NCBI GenBank assembly: GCA_964446625.1
Contig: CAYUPH010000004.1
Coordinates: 7,838-71,837 of the forward strand
Source of the DNA: an uncultured Candidatus Saccharibacteria bacterium
GTDB taxonomy: Bacteria; Patescibacteriota; Minisyncoccia; Phycocordibacterales; CAIRYW01
DNA: 64,000 bases
Direction of reading: 5' to 3'
Shown here one piece after another: positions 1-8,767 of this stretch (positions are counted from its first letter, which is position 1; each line of letters starts with the position of its first letter). The position numbers and the translations under genes are program-made. Below the pieces are notes generated by a model, which saw nothing but the letters and a program-made list of their open reading frames with translations, did no database searches and was not told the DNA's origin.

Positions 1-2580
1 AACAGTGTCTCCTGGAGTATAGGTTCCATCAGCACTTCCTGAGGTAAATGAAGTAAGTGTGGGAGCGGTCACATCGACATCTGCTGTGGTAAATGTATAG
101 TCAGAAGATGTCGCATAATTAAATGCCGCGTCACCAGAGGACACCTGAAAGTGGTAAGTGGTACTAGGCGTAAGTCCTGAGAGAATTATCTGGTGACTAG
201 AAGTCAAAGAAGAAGAGCTCGATGCTGTACCATATCCTGTTGTAGCTCCAAAATTAACTGTTGATGTTGAGTTTTCGTTTGTATTCCATGTAATTGTTGC
301 AGTTGTTGTCGTTGTTGAAGAGGCAACATTTGAAATCACAGGCGCAGTAGTGTCAGGAGCGGATAAAGTTGTAAGGGAGTATTCTGTTGAAGTAGATGTG
401 TTTCCATAAGCATCTCTCGACACAAGGGCAAAATAATAGAGCGTTCCACCTGAAAGACCTGTCATTGTGAGACTCTGCGATGTACGGAGCGCACTACTTG
501 AAGTTGAAGTAGTATAGACTCCACTTGTTGTTCCATACCAAATCGCTGAGTCTGCACTTTCGTCTGTTGTCCAATCCACTGTCGCTGTTGTAATTGCAGA
601 TGATGTTGCGACAGAAGATATAGCAGGGCTTACTCCATCAATAACAATTTCCTTATTGTCATTTAGGTTCACTCCCGGAGAAAAACTCACCATAGAATTA
701 TCATCTGCATCTTTTATTGTTCCTGAGACAGAAGAAACTGAAAGATCTAGGGAATTATCTCCTGCCTGCACAGTATAATTACAAGTTCCTGTAGTTGAGT
801 TGCTTACTGTAAATGTACAAGTTCTGTCTGTTGATCCAGTTTCAAGAGTCACTGTGACTAGACCAGTTGAAGTCACCGCTTCAGAAAAAGTAACATCTAT
901 ATCAATTACTTCTCCGACTCCATAGGTTCCATCTGCTTTATCAGAAGAAATATTTGTAATTGTTGGTGCTCCGGAAGTTGTTGTAAAAGTATAGTCTGTT
1001 GTAGTTGCGCTGTTTCCGGTGCTATCTGTAGCATATAAAGCAAAGTGATAAAGTGTGTTTGAGGTAAGTCCAGAAAGACTCACTGAATGCGTACTTGTTC
1101 CTGTTGAAGTAGAAGTGGTACCGTATGAAGTTGATAATCCGAAACGCGCAGAAGACGAAGCTGCTTCATCAGTGTTCCATGTGATTGTCGCGGTTGTTTC
1201 TCCTGTTGTTGAGGCAACACTTGAAATTGCAGGTGGAGTTGAGTCTCCGCCAGAAAGGTAATATACAAAGGCATCTGCAACGGCATTACTGTCTCCTGAG
1301 ACGAGGTTTGTTGCAGCGGAAAGGAAACCAACATATGTTCCATTTGGCGACATTGCAGTGTGTCCACTTGTCACATCGGCGTTTCCTAACGAATCATCAT
1401 TCGCATAGCTTGCAATTTTAGTAGTACCAAGTGTTCTATCACGAATAAAAATATCACCATGTGCATTTGTGTCTCCTGGTACAAGGTTTGTTGCGGTAGA
1501 ATAAAAAGTAACATATCGGCCACTATCTGAAATAGCCACACCTGCTCCAGAGAGAGCATTTGCCTGTGATTCATCGTCAGCAACCGATACCCTTTCCGTT
1601 GTTCCTAATGTACGGTCACGAACAAAAACATCAGCTATTCCGCCACTATCACCAGTAACAAGACTGTCTGAATCAGATACAAAAGTAACATAGCGCCCAT
1701 CAGAAGATATTGAAACTGTTGACCCTGTCACAATTCCTGAAGCAACCTCCGCTTCTCCATCTGAAACACTGATTCGCTCCGTAGTTCCAAGTGTTCGGTC
1801 ACGCAAAAACGTATCGTCGTTTCCATTCGAATCCCCTGCAACTAAGTTTGATGCAGCGGAGTTAAATGCTATGTAGCGCCCATCATCTGAAATCGCTACT
1901 CCTGTTCGTGTATTAGCATTCCCAAGACTTTCATCATCCGCAAGAGAAACTATCTCAGTAGTTCCAAGGGTCCTATCGCGCAAAAAAACATCTGTTTTTA
2001 CATTCGAATCTCCTGCAACAAGGTTTGTAGATACTGATTGAAAAACAATATATCGTCCATCTGGAGTCATTGCCAGAGTTACTCCGTTTACAGCACTGTT
2101 TCCATTTCCAATAGATTCGTCGTCACCAATAGAAACAATCTCTGTTGTTCCGAGTTGTCTGTCTCGAATAAATGCATCCGCTTTGCCGTTTCCGTCCCCA
2201 GCTACAAGGTTTGTGGCGTTTGATAAAAAAAGCACATACCTTCCATCTGGTGAAATTACTAAACGTCCAGAAGAATTACCAACATCTTGTTTTACTCCCG
2301 CTGTTGAAACGCTAATAAGCTCTGTAGTTCCAAGTGTTCGATCCCGAACGAAAACATCAGCAACAGTGTCACTATCTGTAGGCACCAGGTTTGTTGCAGT
2401 AGAAAGAAATGCTATGTAGCGTCCGTCTGAAGAAACAGCAAGAGTAATAGTTGCTGCATTTGCCTCAATTTCATCGTCTGCTAAAGAGACTCTTTCTGTT
2501 GCTGCAAAAAGAGAGAGTGGCTCAATTAGAAAAATTAATGCCAAAGAAAAAATCGCGATTTTGTTCGTTTGTTTAAACAT
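1..2580 (-). CDS. Large secreted/surface protein (runs off left edge): N-terminal PD40/TolB-like beta-propeller followed by Thr/Ser-rich FN3/Ig-like repeats
   Basis: Missing from the ORF track because it has no stop inside the window. Manual translation from ATG at 2580 gives MFKQTNKIAIFSLALIFLIEPLSLFAATERVS..., about 7 repeats of SxDGRYVxFxSxATNLVxGDxNxxxDxFxRDRTLGTTE, then FN3-like units (TATITWNTDE...LSGLTSNTLYHF). Confidence 0.85.
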   Translation of the reverse strand, partial: MFKQTNKIAIFSLALIFLIEPLSLFAATERVSLADDEIEANAATITLAVSSDGRYIAFLSTATNLVPTDSDTVADVFVRDRTLGTTELISVSTAGVKQDVGNSSGRLVISPDGRYVLFLSNATNLVAGDGNGKADAFIRDRQLGTTEIVSIGDDESIGNGNSAVNGVTLAMTPDGRYIVFQSVSTNLVAGDSNVKTDVFLRDRTLGTTEIVSLADDESLGNANTRTGVAISDDGRYIAFNSAASNLVAGDSNGNDDTFLRDRTLGTTERISVSDGEAEVASGIVTGSTVSISSDGRYVTFVSDSDSLVTGDSGGIADVFVRDRTLGTTERVSVADDESQANALSGAGVAISDSGRYVTFYSTATNLVPGDTNAHGDIFIRDRTLGTTKIASYANDDSLGNADVTSGHTAMSPNGTYVGFLSAATNLVSGDSNAVADAFVYYLSGGDSTPPAISSVASTTGETTATITWNTDEAASSSARFGLSTSYGTTSTSTGTSTHSVSLSGLTSNTLYHFALYATDSTGNSATTTDYTFTTTSGAPTITNISSDKADGTYGVGEVIDIDVTFSEAVTSTGLVTVTLETGSTDRTCTFTVSNSTTGTCNYTVQAGDNSLDLSVSSVSGTIKDADDNSMVSFSPGVNLNDNKEIVIDGVSPAISSVATSSAITTATVDWTTDESADSAIWYGTTSGVYTTSTSSSALRTSQSLTMTGLSGGTLYYFALVSRDAYGNTSTSTEYSLTTLSAPDTTAPVISNVASSTTTTTATITWNTNENSTSTVNFGATTGYGTASSSSSLTSSHQIILSGLTPSTTYHFQVSSGDAAFNYATSSDYTFTTADVDVTAPTLTSFTSGSADGTYTPGDTV

Positions 2581-2691
2581 TCAAGAATAAAAGAGTGAAT
2601 AATGAGTGGGAGAGAATTATTTTCTTTCTACTATGACTGTATTTTTTCTTCCCGTTACTCAATTATACACCTTATTTTTAGTGACTCAAGT

Positions 2692-2723
2692 AAAAAAGCC
2701 CTGCATACTTACAGGGCTTTTTT
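2692..2723. terminator. Intrinsic terminator-like hairpin
   Basis: AAAAAAGCCCTG-catactta-CAGGGCTTTTTT just downstream of the 2741-4060 gene. Confidence 0.7.
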
Positions 2724-2740
2724 GAACTTGAGTGTAGCTT

Positions 2741-4060
2741 TTAGTATTCTACAAAAGCATCCGCAACTCCATTTGTATCCCCTGCTACAAGATTTGTTGC
2801 AGCAGAAAGGAATCCAAGATATCCCCCGTCTGGAGAAAGTGCAAGGTTTCCTATTTTGACTGAGTCATTAGCCTCAGAGCTATCATATGCAACAACTCGT
2901 CTTGTTGAAGAAGTACTTCGGTCTCGAACAAATACATCAATCTCTCCATTTGTATCCCCTGCTACAAGATTTGTGGCACTAGAAGAGAATGCAACAAGCT
3001 GTCCATCGGCAGACATTGCAACCCCATACTGAATTGCTCCATTTCCAATACTCTCATCGTCTGCAACAGAGACCATTTCTGTTGTTCCAAGAGTTCTGTC
3101 TCTTAGGAAAATATCTGTTGCAGAGTTTGTATCTCCTGCCACAAGATTTGTTCCATCAGAAGCAAATGTAACATAGCGTCCGTCTGATGAAATTGTTACA
3201 TTGTATCCAGTAATGTTGTCTCCATTAGACTCGGCTTCATTATCAGCAATACTTACTCGCTCAGTTGTTCCCAGCTGTCTGTCCCGCACGAAAGTATCGT
3301 TCCCTCCATTTGGGCTCCCTGCATTCGTGTCTCCTGTAACAAGGTTTGATGACCTTGAGTTAAAAGCAACATAGCGACCATCATCTGAAATTCCAAGCCC
3401 TGTTCGGGCATCCAAGTTACCCTGTGCTCCACCTGCTCCAACAGAGACTCTCTCTGTCGTGTTTGTCTGCCGATCTCGCACAAATACATCTGCGTAACCA
3501 TTTGTATCCCCTGCTACAAGATTTGTTGCTTTAGAGAGGAACGCAACATAGCGTCCGTCTCCTGAAATGACAACAGTTGCTCCGTCTACATCATCTTTAT
3601 TTCCTTGTGTTCCATCTGTTGCAACAGACACTCGCTCTGTTGTGTTTGTCTGTCGGTCTCGCACAAACACATCTATCTTTCCATTAGTATCCCCTGCGAC
3701 AAGGTTTGTTGCAGATGACATAAACGCAACATAGCGACCGTCATCTGAAATCGATACTCTAGTGTTAATTGATTTGTTCTGCTGTACTCCAGCAGATGAA
3801 AGAGTTACTCTTTCTATGTCCCCAGTGTTTCTGTTTTTGACAAACACGTCTCCTACACCATTTGTATCCCCTGCAACAAGGTTTGATGCAGTAGAAAAGA
3901 AAGCAACGTACTCTCCATTTTCTGAAATAGAGATTGTTGTACTATATGCGTCAGCTTCTCCCCCTCCTCCTGTAAGGTTTGCTCTTTCAATAGCTCCAAA
4001 TGATGAAACTGGAAGAAGAGTGAGAGCAAGCGCACATAAAATTTTATAATATTTACTCAT
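2741..4060 (-). CDS. Secreted PD40/TolB-like beta-propeller protein (paralog of the N-terminal half of the 1-2580 gene)
   Basis: Signal peptide from MSKYYK (ATG 4060); repeats ISDDGRYVAFxSxATNLVAGDTNGxxDVFVRDRQT. Confidence 0.85.
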   Translation of the reverse strand: MSKYYKILCALALTLLPVSSFGAIERANLTGGGGEADAYSTTISISENGEYVAFFSTASNLVAGDTNGVGDVFVKNRNTGDIERVTLSSAGVQQNKSINTRVSISDDGRYVAFMSSATNLVAGDTNGKIDVFVRDRQTNTTERVSVATDGTQGNKDDVDGATVVISGDGRYVAFLSKATNLVAGDTNGYADVFVRDRQTNTTERVSVGAGGAQGNLDARTGLGISDDGRYVAFNSRSSNLVTGDTNAGSPNGGNDTFVRDRQLGTTERVSIADNEAESNGDNITGYNVTISSDGRYVTFASDGTNLVAGDTNSATDIFLRDRTLGTTEMVSVADDESIGNGAIQYGVAMSADGQLVAFSSSATNLVAGDTNGEIDVFVRDRSTSSTRRVVAYDSSEANDSVKIGNLALSPDGGYLGFLSAATNLVAGDTNGVADAFVEY

Positions 4061-4214
4061 AAAAATTATTTTAAGGTTACTAATCGACAAGTTCAATTAT
4101 AGAAGGATAGTGATTTTATAAAAAGGTGAAAACTCTTATTTACTTGTTTTAGTATGACTTCATACTATAATCTAAAGGACCCGAAAGGGTCTTAGAAGCT
4201 TAATAATTAAAACT

Positions 4215-5084
4215 ATGAAATATAAAGCACTACTCGCTTTGGCACTCACCCTCTCAGGAACAGGTGTTGCAGGAGCATATGATACAGGCTCATTTACAGT
4301 TGGAAGTGGAGACAAACAAGTTAAGGTTGACCTGGATGCGGCAGCAAATGTGAACCTAAAAAATGGAACTGGGGCAGGTACCGTAAATGTCACAAATACT
4401 AACGGAGGAGTAAATGTAAAAACAAATGTCTCTGTGGATGGAAAACCTTATACAGGAACAGTAAATGTTACTAATACAAATGGTACTATAAATGCAAATT
4501 ACACTGTAAATGGAGTGTCTGGCACAGTAAATGTTACTAATACAAACGGATCCCTTAAAGTTCTTCTTGATGGAAATAATCTAGACGATAACAGTCGAAG
4601 TGCTGTAATTAATCTGTCAGGAAACACAGTAGAGCTTATTAAAAGCGACGAAGACCTTTCTGCATATAACAATGTAGTAGTTAGTTCTTACTCTAACATC
4701 GAGGACGTAGAAACCGACGATAAGGAAGTGAGAGTGGTCTTTGACCAAGATGCTAAATTCCTTGGAGTTTTTGGAACAACTCTTAAGACAGAGGTTTCTG
4801 TTTCAAACGATGACAATACTGTGACAGTTCATACTCCATGGTATGGATTCCTCTTTACTAAATCTGTAAAGAAAGACGATCTTGAAAAATCACTTTCAGT
4901 AAATGTTTCAAAAAACGGATCAAATGGTAGGATTGAGGTTTCTCAAAACGGAAACTCTGGAAGCGTAAATGTACAAAATAGAGCAAAAACAGTAAGCGTC
5001 ATTACTTCAAAAGTAGGACAAACAGGCTCTGTCTCAGTTCAAAGTGGAGACAAAAAAGTAGACGTTAATCTAAGTAACTACTAG
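4215..5084 (+). CDS. Secreted hypothetical protein with three GTVNVTNTNG repeats
   Basis: 289-aa ORF, N-terminal signal peptide, Asn/Val/Thr-rich beta-type repeats, terminator downstream. Confidence 0.8.
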   Translation: MKYKALLALALTLSGTGVAGAYDTGSFTVGSGDKQVKVDLDAAANVNLKNGTGAGTVNVTNTNGGVNVKTNVSVDGKPYTGTVNVTNTNGTINANYTVNGVSGTVNVTNTNGSLKVLLDGNNLDDNSRSAVINLSGNTVELIKSDEDLSAYNNVVVSSYSNIEDVETDDKEVRVVFDQDAKFLGVFGTTLKTEVSVSNDDNTVTVHTPWYGFLFTKSVKKDDLEKSLSVNVSKNGSNGRIEVSQNGNSGSVNVQNRAKTVSVITSKVGQTGSVSVQSGDKKVDVNLSNY

Positions 5085-5131
5085 TCACCCACAAAAAAAC
5101 TCCGCTTTCGCGGAGTTTTTTTGTGGGTGAC
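5084..5131. terminator. Bidirectional terminator between convergent genes
   Basis: GTCACCCACAAAAAAACTCCGC-tttc-GCGGAGTTTTTTTGTGGGTGAC perfect inverted repeat. Confidence 0.85.
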
Positions 5132-5136
5132 TTTTC

Positions 5137-6261
5137 CTAGAGTGCATCTATTGCGTCTTCTGCTCTATCTTCTGCTTCTTTTGCCAAATCCTCAGCCTCT
5201 TCATAGTCTTCGTCATCCAAAGCTTCTCTAGCGTCATCGAGGAGATCCTCTGCTTCATCTAGTAAATCCTCAGCTTCGTCCGTATCTTCATCGTCATCCT
5301 CAGCATCACTAATTTCTTGTTTTGCGTCTGAGATCGCTTCTTTTGCATCATCTATGGCATCTTCTGCATCTTCTTTATCATCTGATGCTTCTCCTATAGC
5401 GTCCTCTGCGTCATCAGCTTTGTCCTCCGCGTCCTTTGCCAAATCCTCTGCTTCATCATACTCCTCATCATCAAACCTATCCTCCGCTTCATCTAGTAAA
5501 TCCTCCGCTTCGGCAAGTAAATCCTCTGCTTCATCAACATCATCTCCGTTCCTATCTGCATTTTTGATTTTTGTTCGTACTTCGTCAATTCGATCATCAA
5601 CTTCGTTTATAAGCGTGTCAATTTCATCTTCCTGAGTTTCCCCTCCTGCATCTTGAAATGCTTCTTCTGCGATATCAAACGCATCTTCAGCTGAGCTTAT
5701 TGCCTTCGAATAGTTTCCATCAAAATACTTCTGTACTGCATTAAAAAGTTCTGCTTTTGCGTCATCAATATCATCATCTACATTGCTTCCATCATTGTCG
5801 TCAGCTTCATCCTCTGCTTCTTCAATTTGATCAATTGCTTTAGTTATAGCTTTCTCTGCTTCCCTTTGTTCGCTTGATTTTGAAGGAGTAGTAGTGACGA
5901 CAACTGGAGTGTTTGGAACTTGTACGGGGACTCCGCCAAACAGTCTCTGGTAAAACTCTCTCGAAGCGGGTCCAAAATATCCACTCGCTGGTGTAAGTTT
6001 GTTTGCAGCTTGCCACCGTGCGAGCGCTTGTTTTGTTAGTTGACCAAACTTTGTTGTTTCAAGTCCGCTGGACCCAGGGCCTGTGCTCGAAATCCTATAT
6101 CCTGAGCTATTTAAAAACTTTTGGAGACACCGAACATCTTCTCCCACGTCGTTTATATCCAGGTTTCTCGCAAATACACAGCTGGCAGCTTTCGCTGGAG
6201 CGGCACTAAGCAAGACTCCTAAAATAAACAAAGAAGAAAAAATTAATGAACTTTTTTTCAT
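5137..6261 (-). CDS. Secreted peptidoglycan-binding domain protein with very acidic helical C-terminal repeats
   Basis: Signal peptide; PG_binding_1-like motif (GEDVRCLQKFLN...FGQLTKQALARWQ...GYFGPAS); DEAEDLL repeats. Confidence 0.8.
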   Translation of the reverse strand: MKKSSLIFSSLFILGVLLSAAPAKAASCVFARNLDINDVGEDVRCLQKFLNSSGYRISSTGPGSSGLETTKFGQLTKQALARWQAANKLTPASGYFGPASREFYQRLFGGVPVQVPNTPVVVTTTPSKSSEQREAEKAITKAIDQIEEAEDEADDNDGSNVDDDIDDAKAELFNAVQKYFDGNYSKAISSAEDAFDIAEEAFQDAGGETQEDEIDTLINEVDDRIDEVRTKIKNADRNGDDVDEAEDLLAEAEDLLDEAEDRFDDEEYDEAEDLAKDAEDKADDAEDAIGEASDDKEDAEDAIDDAKEAISDAKQEISDAEDDDEDTDEAEDLLDEAEDLLDDAREALDDEDYEEAEDLAKEAEDRAEDAIDAL

Positions 6262-6324
6262 ATCTTTTTATTATTTCGTTAATATATTTTACCTTCTAAT
6301 TATAATATAAACCCTTGCGAATTT

Positions 6325-6792
6325 CTAAGACTCCATTGCACGCCGGAGATCATCAATACTTAGCTTTGTCATCTGAAGCATGGCATTCATTGCCTTTTTT
6401 GCCTTTGCTCTATCACTATTTCCAATCATCTCGTCTAATTCTTTGGGAACAATTTGCCACGAGAGACCATACTTATCCTTCAGCCACCCACACTGCCCTT
6501 TTTCTCCACCTTCTGATAGCTTCTCCCAATACCAATCTACCTCCTCCTGCGTGTCGCAATTAACAAAAAGAGAAACCGCTTCACTAAACTTAAAGTGAGG
6601 TCCACCGTTTAGGGCGTGGAATTCCTGACCCGCAAGCTCGAAGCGTACCGAAAAAACTTTTCCATCTTCTTCATTTTTGTTAAGAGCAATAATTTTTGCA
6701 CTTTGTCCTCTTGCAGCAAAAATAGAAATATAAAAATTCATTGCTTCTTCTGCCTCAGTGTTGTACCAAAGAAATGGTGTGATTTTTTGCAT
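6325..6792 (-). CDS. VOC family protein (PhnB/3-demethylubiquinone methyltransferase-like)
   Basis: MQKITPFLW...AEEAMNFY...LNGGPHFKFSEAVS...CGWLKDKYGLSWQIVP family signature. Confidence 0.9.
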   Translation of the reverse strand: MQKITPFLWYNTEAEEAMNFYISIFAARGQSAKIIALNKNEEDGKVFSVRFELAGQEFHALNGGPHFKFSEAVSLFVNCDTQEEVDWYWEKLSEGGEKGQCGWLKDKYGLSWQIVPKELDEMIGNSDRAKAKKAMNAMLQMTKLSIDDLRRAMES

Positions 6793-6850
6793 AGTTTTGT
6801 TTTATTAAGCTTTCCTCCATCGTAACATAGATAAATTAAGATTTACTTAA

Positions 6851-6883
6851 AACAAAAAAACAGGCAGAGCCTGTTTTTTTGTT
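6851..6883 (-). terminator. Intrinsic terminator downstream of a small basic ORF
   Basis: AACAAAAAAACAGGC-aga-GCCTGTTTTTTTGTT. Confidence 0.75.
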
Positions 6884-6900
6884 GCTTTAAAGAAAGGAAA

Positions 6901-7011
6901 TTACTTTTTTTTCTTTGCAGCAATTTTAGCTCTCTTTACTGCAAGTCTTTTTTTTGTCTTGCGAGATCGAGAGGCTTTATTTTTGATGTCTTGTGATAAT
7001 CTTTTAGCCAT
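6901..7011 (-). CDS. 36-aa highly basic microprotein
   Basis: Manual translation MAKRLSQDIKNKASRSRKTKKRLAVKRAKIAAKKKK*; TATAAT 6 nt before ATG and a terminator right after the stop. Confidence 0.65.
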   Translation of the reverse strand: MAKRLSQDIKNKASRSRKTKKRLAVKRAKIAAKKKK

Positions 7012-7049
7012 ACTTATATTATAGCCTCCTTTTACCTGGAAAGACAACT

Positions 7050-7478
7050 TTATTTTGTGGACACCCCCTCCTTCTCTCCTTCTGCAAGAATTTCTTCTGC
7101 TTTTTTCAAAATATCATGTAAAGAAAACTCAGACTTCACCATGTATGCTTTTGCTCCGTTTTCGAAGCAAAAATCAATATCGTCCTTTTGACTAAGACTC
7201 GACATAACAAGGACGGGTATAAGCGAGAAAGTGCTGTGCTCCTTGAGACTCTTCAAAAAATCAAAACCGTTTATTTTGCCAGGAACAATAAGGTCAAGAA
7301 GAATGAGGTGTGGAGTTTTTCTTTTAAGCTTTTCTCCTGCTTCCTCGAAATTCTCCGCAACAGACACATCAAAGCCCGAGGTACGAAAAGCATAGCAAAT
7401 AGGCTTTGAAATGAGCGCATCATCGTCAATGATGAGAATTTGTTTTTGTAGATTTTTAAGAGAAAAAGAGTAATCCAT
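7050..7478 (-). CDS. Single-domain response regulator (receiver)
   Basis: ILIIDDD...LILLDL...NGFDFL...PVLVMS...YMVK receiver motifs. Confidence 0.85.
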   Translation of the reverse strand: MDYSFSLKNLQKQILIIDDDALISKPICYAFRTSGFDVSVAENFEEAGEKLKRKTPHLILLDLIVPGKINGFDFLKSLKEHSTFSLIPVLVMSSLSQKDDIDFCFENGAKAYMVKSEFSLHDILKKAEEILAEGEKEGVSTK

Positions 7479-7667
7479 TTATTTCTTTTCACTAAGAAGA
7501 GTATTTATTTCTTTGACTGCGCTTTTAATATGGGTCACAATCTCAGAATTTTTATCACTTTTCATTGAATAGTTTTTCTCAAGAAGTTCTATATAGAGAA
7601 GAATACTTGCTAGTTTTCCACGAACGTCATGAACCCATTTTTTGTTTTCTTCTCCTCTTTCTGACAT
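7479..7667 (-). CDS. Small stand-alone HisKA/DHp-like protein
   Basis: From MSER (7667): WVHDVRGKLASILLYIELL resembles an H-box; fills the gap within the two-component operon. Confidence 0.6.
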   Translation of the reverse strand: MSERGEENKKWVHDVRGKLASILLYIELLEKNYSMKSDKNSEIVTHIKSAVKEINTLLSEKK

Positions 7668-7668
7668 T

Positions 7669-8358
7669 TTATTTTCTTTGTGTGAACGAATCCCGAAGTC
7701 TATATCCAACTCCTCTCACCGTTTCAAGGATTCCCCCTTTGCCAAGCTTCATTTTTTTGCGAAGTCCATTTATATGAACATCTATAATGTTACTAAGAGA
7801 TGAAAAGTTAAAATCCCATGCATGGTCAAGGATTTGGTCTCGCGGAATTACTTTGTTCGGATAGCGCATCAGGTACTCAAGGACACTAAACTCCTTTAGT
7901 GTGAGTTTAATTTCCTCACCATCTTTATATACCTGCCGTGTTTGTGGGTTTAACACTATATCTCCCACAATGAGCTCCGAGTCTTGAACTGATTTTGGTC
8001 GCCGAAGAAGGGCCTGAAGCCTTGCAACAAGCTCGTTTACTGAAAAAGGTTTTGTAATATAATCATCCGCTCCGATGTTTAACGCAGCTACTTTTTCTTC
8101 AACATCACTTTCCCCTGAAAGCATCACAATTGGAGTATCGATTTTTGCTTCCCTTACCCTCTTACAAATTTCTTTTCCACTAATCTCTGGAATAAGCATA
8201 TCAAGAAGGATAATATCGTAAGAACCTCCATGAAGAAGGACATGCCTAAGCGCTTTTTCTGCTTCCAAAAAAACATCAACCGCAAACCCTTCGCCTTCAA
8301 GGACTTTTTTTATTCCTTCAGCAAAGATTGCATCATCATCGATAAGTATTATTTTCAT
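7669..8358 (-). CDS. OmpR/PhoB-family DNA-binding response regulator
   Basis: Receiver domain plus winged helix (LTLKEFSVLEYLM...DVHINGLRKK...ETVRGVGY). Confidence 0.93.
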   Translation of the reverse strand: MKIILIDDDAIFAEGIKKVLEGEGFAVDVFLEAEKALRHVLLHGGSYDIILLDMLIPEISGKEICKRVREAKIDTPIVMLSGESDVEEKVAALNIGADDYITKPFSVNELVARLQALLRRPKSVQDSELIVGDIVLNPQTRQVYKDGEEIKLTLKEFSVLEYLMRYPNKVIPRDQILDHAWDFNFSSLSNIIDVHINGLRKKMKLGKGGILETVRGVGYRLRDSFTQRK

Positions 8359-8397
8359 GGTTTAATTATAGAATTTGAACATTAAGTCTTCATGAAG

Positions 8398-8763
8398 CTA
8401 CTTTATATGAGTCTTTACTTTTGAGAGGAGTTCCTCGAGCTCAAATGGTTTAGGAAGAAAGTCATTGGCACCACACTCCTCTGCAATAACAGCAATATCT
8501 TTGTTTGCTGAGACCAAAATAATAGGCAAGTCCGCTGTATCTTTCTTCTTTTTTAGGTGTTCACACACTTTCTTTCCATCCACACCTGAGAGCCATATAT
8601 CAAGAAGAAGCAGGTTAGGAATATCCTTTTCGAGGTGAAGCGCATCCATTCCGTCCCTAGAAAGGAGAACCTCATACCCTTCGCTCTCGAGAATTATTCG
8701 TAACGCATCGGAAATAGCAGGATCATCCTCTGCTACCATGATTTTTTTTGGTTGCTCATTCAT
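8398..8763 (-). CDS. Single-domain response regulator
   Basis: IMVAEDD...LLLLDIWL...DFLPKPF. Confidence 0.9.
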   Translation of the reverse strand: MNEQPKKIMVAEDDPAISDALRIILESEGYEVLLSRDGMDALHLEKDIPNLLLLDIWLSGVDGKKVCEHLKKKKDTADLPIILVSANKDIAVIAEECGANDFLPKPFELEELLSKVKTHIK

Positions 8764-8767
8764 ATTT

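Noticed and set aside
1-4060. Diversity-generating retroelement in the repeated propeller genes
   Set aside because: No reverse transcriptase and no adenine-specific TR/VR pair evident; the similarity is ordinary protein repeat homology.
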